DNA of 64,000 nt, from positions 320,001-384,000 of the forward strand of contig CAWDSK010000002.1 in assembly GCA_963804995.1 (NCBI GenBank), read 5' to 3'. Below, piece after piece: positions 60,294 to 64,000 of this stretch. This stretch comes from an uncultured Acidobacteriota bacterium. GTDB taxonomy: Bacteria > Acidobacteriota > Terriglobia > UBA7540. Each line of letters starts with the position of its first letter. Positions within the stretch are counted from its first letter, which is position 1. The notes below the pieces were generated by a model, which was not told the DNA's origin, did no database searches, and saw only the letters and a list, made by a program, of their open reading frames with translations. The translations under genes and the position numbers were made by a program.

Positions 60294-62012
60294 GTGGCTG
60301 CCAAACGATGGCAGCGTGGCGACCGCCTTCGGTCTTTGATAAATTTGTTAATTCGTGCTCTGTTGGTCATCCTCGAATCTCCTTTCACCCTGTTCGCTCC
60401 GGGCTTTTTCCTGGTGCGGCGTCTCCCCTTCGATCCCGCTGAGAAGGCCGCATGTTCAATCGGCGCTTCGATCTTTATTCTCTACCTGTACTCCTTTCTG
60501 GTTTTTGGTCTAGGACTGCCCGCGGTTTGCCACGTGTTGTTCAGCGCAGGCAGCCTTATGGTCGCTTGGCGCTGCCGAAGGGACTTGCGCACTCTTTTCT
60601 CCTCGCCGGAAGTGCAACGTCTCTTCCTCAGCTTCCTTGTCCTGCTGATTTGGACAGCCGCGGCCCTGGAACTGGTTCGGAACTATTCCGGCGGCGATTG
60701 GGGGGGCGACTGGTACGAGCACTACCATCGGGCCCTGTTTTTTGCGCAGCCCCTTCCGCTCAACACCATCTTTCTTGACGGGTACCTGCTCCCGGCCCGC
60801 CCCCCCATCTTCAACCTGGTAAGCGCGCACTTTATGGTCGAGCTGGGCAACGAGTACCCGATTTACCAAGTCGCCGCGATGCTGCTGAATCTGACTGTGT
60901 TCTTCCCTGCCAGCCTTTTCTTCCGCAGGCTGGCGCCCCAAGCCGCGACTGGACCGCTTCCGCTCGCCATCGTGATGGGTCTCAATCCCTCGGTAATGCA
61001 GAACGCGACCTATACCTGGAGCAAGCTGCTGACCGTCTTCTTCGTGTTGCTGGGGGTTTGGCTTTATTGCCGTTTCCTTGAGAAAGGTGAAACGCTCACA
61101 CTCTACCTCGCCTTTGCCGCCCTCTCCATCGGGCTCCTCACGCACTACTCGGCGGGGCCTTACATGATTCTTGTGGGGACTCATTATCTCTGGCGCCACC
61201 TTCGCCAACCCCGCTGGAAAGAGATGGCCGGGCTCCTCACGTTGAATGTGCTCATCCTCTCCACGTGGTTCGGCTGGTCAATCGCTCATTATGGTACTCA
61301 GGTTAATTTGGACTCGAACGCTTCCGTGGCAAAGGAAGCGCGACGCAGCCCGGCTGAGACCTTACCGATGATCGCGGGGAACCTCCGCGACACGCTGCTG
61401 CCACCCTTCACGCGCGCCAATGACCCGGGGAGGGGCCTAAAATTCTCAGTGCCGGCCCTGCGTGATTATTCCTTCATGCTTTACCAAAGCAATTTCTTTC
61501 TCGCGCTGGGATCGGCCGGGTGGCTGATTGCGATCCTACAGGTATTCAAGCTGGCACGGCGCGCCGTCGACAAGACCTTGCTCCACTTCTGGGCCTGGTT
61601 TGTGCCCGGGGCGGTGGTCCTTGGAATCGGCGTGGTGGGGGAGCGGCATACCTGGGGCCTTGTGCACTTGGACCTCCAGCCGGTGATCCTGCTGGGCCTG
61701 GTTGTGATCGCCGCCGCTTGGCCGACGATTTCGAAACCACTCCGCGTCTTGATGATCCTGGGGCTCGGTTGCGATTTTGCACTGGGCGTGGCTCTCCATT
61801 TTGCCTACGAGCACTGGTTGTTGCCCTTGCTGTTTGTTAACACGGTCGGTAATTTCAACTGGGGATTTAAACAAGAGCACCAACTGGCTTTTGTCGGCGA
61901 CTACTGGCCATCCCCTCTGTTCGTGGCTGAAGCCCTCCTGTTGTGCCTCGTCTTCTACCGGCTTTACCACGACCGCCGGGACTTGGATTCCACTGAAGAA
62001 TCAGCCGGTTAG
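60294..62012 (+). CDS. Multi-TM GT-C-type (ArnT/GT39-like) glycosyltransferase
   Basis: Many TM segments, DWYEH...RPP loop motifs; start uncertain. Confidence 0.6.
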   Translation: MAAKRWQRGDRLRSLINLLIRALLVILESPFTLFAPGFFLVRRLPFDPAEKAACSIGASIFILYLYSFLVFGLGLPAVCHVLFSAGSLMVAWRCRRDLRTLFSSPEVQRLFLSFLVLLIWTAAALELVRNYSGGDWGGDWYEHYHRALFFAQPLPLNTIFLDGYLLPARPPIFNLVSAHFMVELGNEYPIYQVAAMLLNLTVFFPASLFFRRLAPQAATGPLPLAIVMGLNPSVMQNATYTWSKLLTVFFVLLGVWLYCRFLEKGETLTLYLAFAALSIGLLTHYSAGPYMILVGTHYLWRHLRQPRWKEMAGLLTLNVLILSTWFGWSIAHYGTQVNLDSNASVAKEARRSPAETLPMIAGNLRDTLLPPFTRANDPGRGLKFSVPALRDYSFMLYQSNFFLALGSAGWLIAILQVFKLARRAVDKTLLHFWAWFVPGAVVLGIGVVGERHTWGLVHLDLQPVILLGLVVIAAAWPTISKPLRVLMILGLGCDFALGVALHFAYEHWLLPLLFVNTVGNFNWGFKQEHQLAFVGDYWPSPLFVAEALLLCLVFYRLYHDRRDLDSTEESAG

Positions 62013-62232
62013 GAAACCTGCTCTGCAGGGATGTGAGAAAACTCACCGTGGTTCGAGGTTGGTGATCTGACCTAACGTTCTCACTCATTTAAGCCGATAA
62101 AGGATAAGGGTGGAACTGGGTTGATTGAAGTTGGATCCAGCAGAAGCACCCAAGTGCCTTGAAGGGGCACAACACCATGGTGAGCACCACGGAACCGGTG
62201 TGGAAATTGTGCCTGCGGATGAGGCTGAGCTG

Positions 62233-64000
62233 ATGCCTCTAGCGCGCCTATTAACCGATCGCCAGCGGCGTTGGTTCGCCCTGCTTGGGCTGCTGCTCGT
62301 CTGCCCACTTTCCATAGCCTTAGGCGGGGATAGCTCCAGCCGTGACTTAAGCCCTCCGCCCCTGACAAGAATTGAGCAACTCCGGGAACTCACCCGGCAG
62401 CAGGCCGCTTTAGCGCCTGAAGTTTGCTTCCACGGCGTCGTGACTTATTACGACCCGGGCAACCTCGATCTCTTTGTCCAGGATTCGACGGCGGGGACTT
62501 GGGTGAGTATCGAGGGGGTGCCGAAGTTTGACTTGAAGGTGGGTGACTGGGTGGAGCTGCGGGGCGTAGGTCAGTGGCTCGACTTCGCTCCAGAGGTTGG
62601 AAAGCCCCGCATCCGAGTCCTAGGCCGGGCCCTATTGCCCCCCGCACCGCCGACCTCCTTCAACCAGCTTACTTCGACCAGCACCAACAGTCGGCGCGTC
62701 CAGGTGGAAGGGACCGTACTCGATGTGATCAAGCAAGGGGACCTGCTGCGGCTGACTCTCGAGGTGGACGGCGGGACTGTCAACGTTCCGATTTCCTTTG
62801 CTCCAGGTCCGATTCCCGCCAATCTTGTCGATGCCAAGGTGCGCATTCAAGGGGTGTGCGGGGCGACGTCCAACAAGAAGAATCAGTTAATTGCGGTACG
62901 AGTATGTCTCCCCAGCCTGGCGGACCTGCAGGTGATTGAGGAAGGCCCCGGAGACCCCTTCGCAGGGCCGGTCCATAGCATATCCAGCATTCTCTGCTTC
63001 GTTCCCAAAAAGGAGCCGGGCCGTACCAAGGTGCGAGGTGTCGTGACGCTTCAGCAAGTCGGGCGGGGCCTCTTTATTCAGAACGGAAACGATGGACTTT
63101 ATGTTGAAAGCAAGCAGAGAACCCCTCTCCAAGTCGGGGACTACGTTGAAGTCGCGGGATTCCCGAGCGTGAGGCAGGGGCTATCACCCATCTTGCGACA
63201 CGCCATCTTTCGTAGTTTGGGAAGTCGTGCCCAAATATCTCCTCGCCCCATCGTCGCCCTGCAAGCGCTCCAAGGAGAGCATGATTCCGAACTGGTGCGA
63301 ATCAACGGTCGCTTGCTGCACGAAGCGGAGTTTCATGGCGAACGGGTTCTTACTTTGGAGGCCGACTCCTCGACCTTCGAAGTTGATCTCAGGGCCCAGG
63401 GTCGGAGCCCAGGTTTACCGCCTCCGGAAATCGGCAGTCTCCTCGAAGTAACAGGCGTCTGCTCTATCCAGGCCAATGAGCAAGCGGACCCCCTTGGCTT
63501 CCGGATTACTCTCCGCTCCGCGCAGGACATCGTGGTCCTCCGCACCCCGTCCTGGTGGACCACCGAGCGAACCTTGAGCGTCCTGGGCCTGACGATCCTA
63601 GCCGGCTTGTTGTCCCTAGTTTGGGTCTACGTCTTGCGGCGCCGCGTGCATCAACAAACGGAGATCATTCGGCTCCGGCTGGAGAGCGAAGCCGCCCTGG
63701 AACAGCGTTTGCAGTATGTCGTCCGCGCCACCAACGACGCCATCTGGGAAGTAGATCTCTTCACCGACCAGGTCTGGTTCGGCGAGCAATTTTATACGAT
63801 TTTTGGATACTTGCCGGGAGAGGTCGAACTCACCACCGCCTGGTGGTACGGCCAGATCCATGCCGAGGATCGCGCCAGAGTCCAGGCCAGCGTACGGTCA
63901 GTCGTCGAAGGCGGCGAGAGTCTCTGGTCAAGCGAATACCGTCACCGCCGGGGGGATGGCTCTTACGCCTACGTGTACGACCGGGGTTATGTAGTGCGTG
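62233..64000 (+). CDS. Sensor protein with repeated extracytoplasmic OB-like domains, TM and PAS; runs off the right edge
   Basis: Manual translation: signal peptide, GVVTYYD, RTPSWWT-TM, ATNDAIWEVD PAS; output domain lies beyond the window. Confidence 0.85.
   Translation, partial: MPLARLLTDRQRRWFALLGLLLVCPLSIALGGDSSSRDLSPPPLTRIEQLRELTRQQAALAPEVCFHGVVTYYDPGNLDLFVQDSTAGTWVSIEGVPKFDLKVGDWVELRGVGQWLDFAPEVGKPRIRVLGRALLPPAPPTSFNQLTSTSTNSRRVQVEGTVLDVIKQGDLLRLTLEVDGGTVNVPISFAPGPIPANLVDAKVRIQGVCGATSNKKNQLIAVRVCLPSLADLQVIEEGPGDPFAGPVHSISSILCFVPKKEPGRTKVRGVVTLQQVGRGLFIQNGNDGLYVESKQRTPLQVGDYVEVAGFPSVRQGLSPILRHAIFRSLGSRAQISPRPIVALQALQGEHDSELVRINGRLLHEAEFHGERVLTLEADSSTFEVDLRAQGRSPGLPPPEIGSLLEVTGVCSIQANEQADPLGFRITLRSAQDIVVLRTPSWWTTERTLSVLGLTILAGLLSLVWVYVLRRRVHQQTEIIRLRLESEAALEQRLQYVVRATNDAIWEVDLFTDQVWFGEQFYTIFGYLPGEVELTTAWWYGQIHAEDRARVQASVRSVVEGGESLWSSEYRHRRGDGSYAYVYDRGYVVR

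Overview
GC-rich bacterial chromosomal window. Gene content and repeat style suggest Acidobacteriota/Terriglobia (inference). It holds: (i) a signalling cluster at the left end (PAS histidine kinase, sigma-54 regulator, degenerate kinase, OmpR regulator, HD-GYP); (ii) housekeeping genes (aminotransferase-serA, aroF, parA-parB-bactofilin, yceD-rpmF-plsX-fabH-fabD-fabG-acpP-fabF, pgsA, tRNA-Arg(CCT)); (iii) mobile DNA (a complete group II intron inserted in a REP-like element, IS1634, a decayed ISKra4-like element, several MITEs nested in REPs); (iv) a ~7 kb array of toxin-antitoxin/Uma2 cassettes punctuated by a recurrent ~55-70 bp repeat and repeated HTH-antitoxin remnants; (v) a methyltransferase plus a stop-interrupted endonuclease-like gene sitting between the two ends of another methyltransferase. 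The best signals missing from the ORF track are a 23-codon Tyr/Phe/Trp-rich leader peptide with full attenuator geometry upstream of DAHP synthase, and a ~580 bp non-coding element present twice in inverted orientation with a palindrome, a promoter-like motif and four 23-bp repeats at identical spacing. All calls are from reading the sequence; no searches were run.
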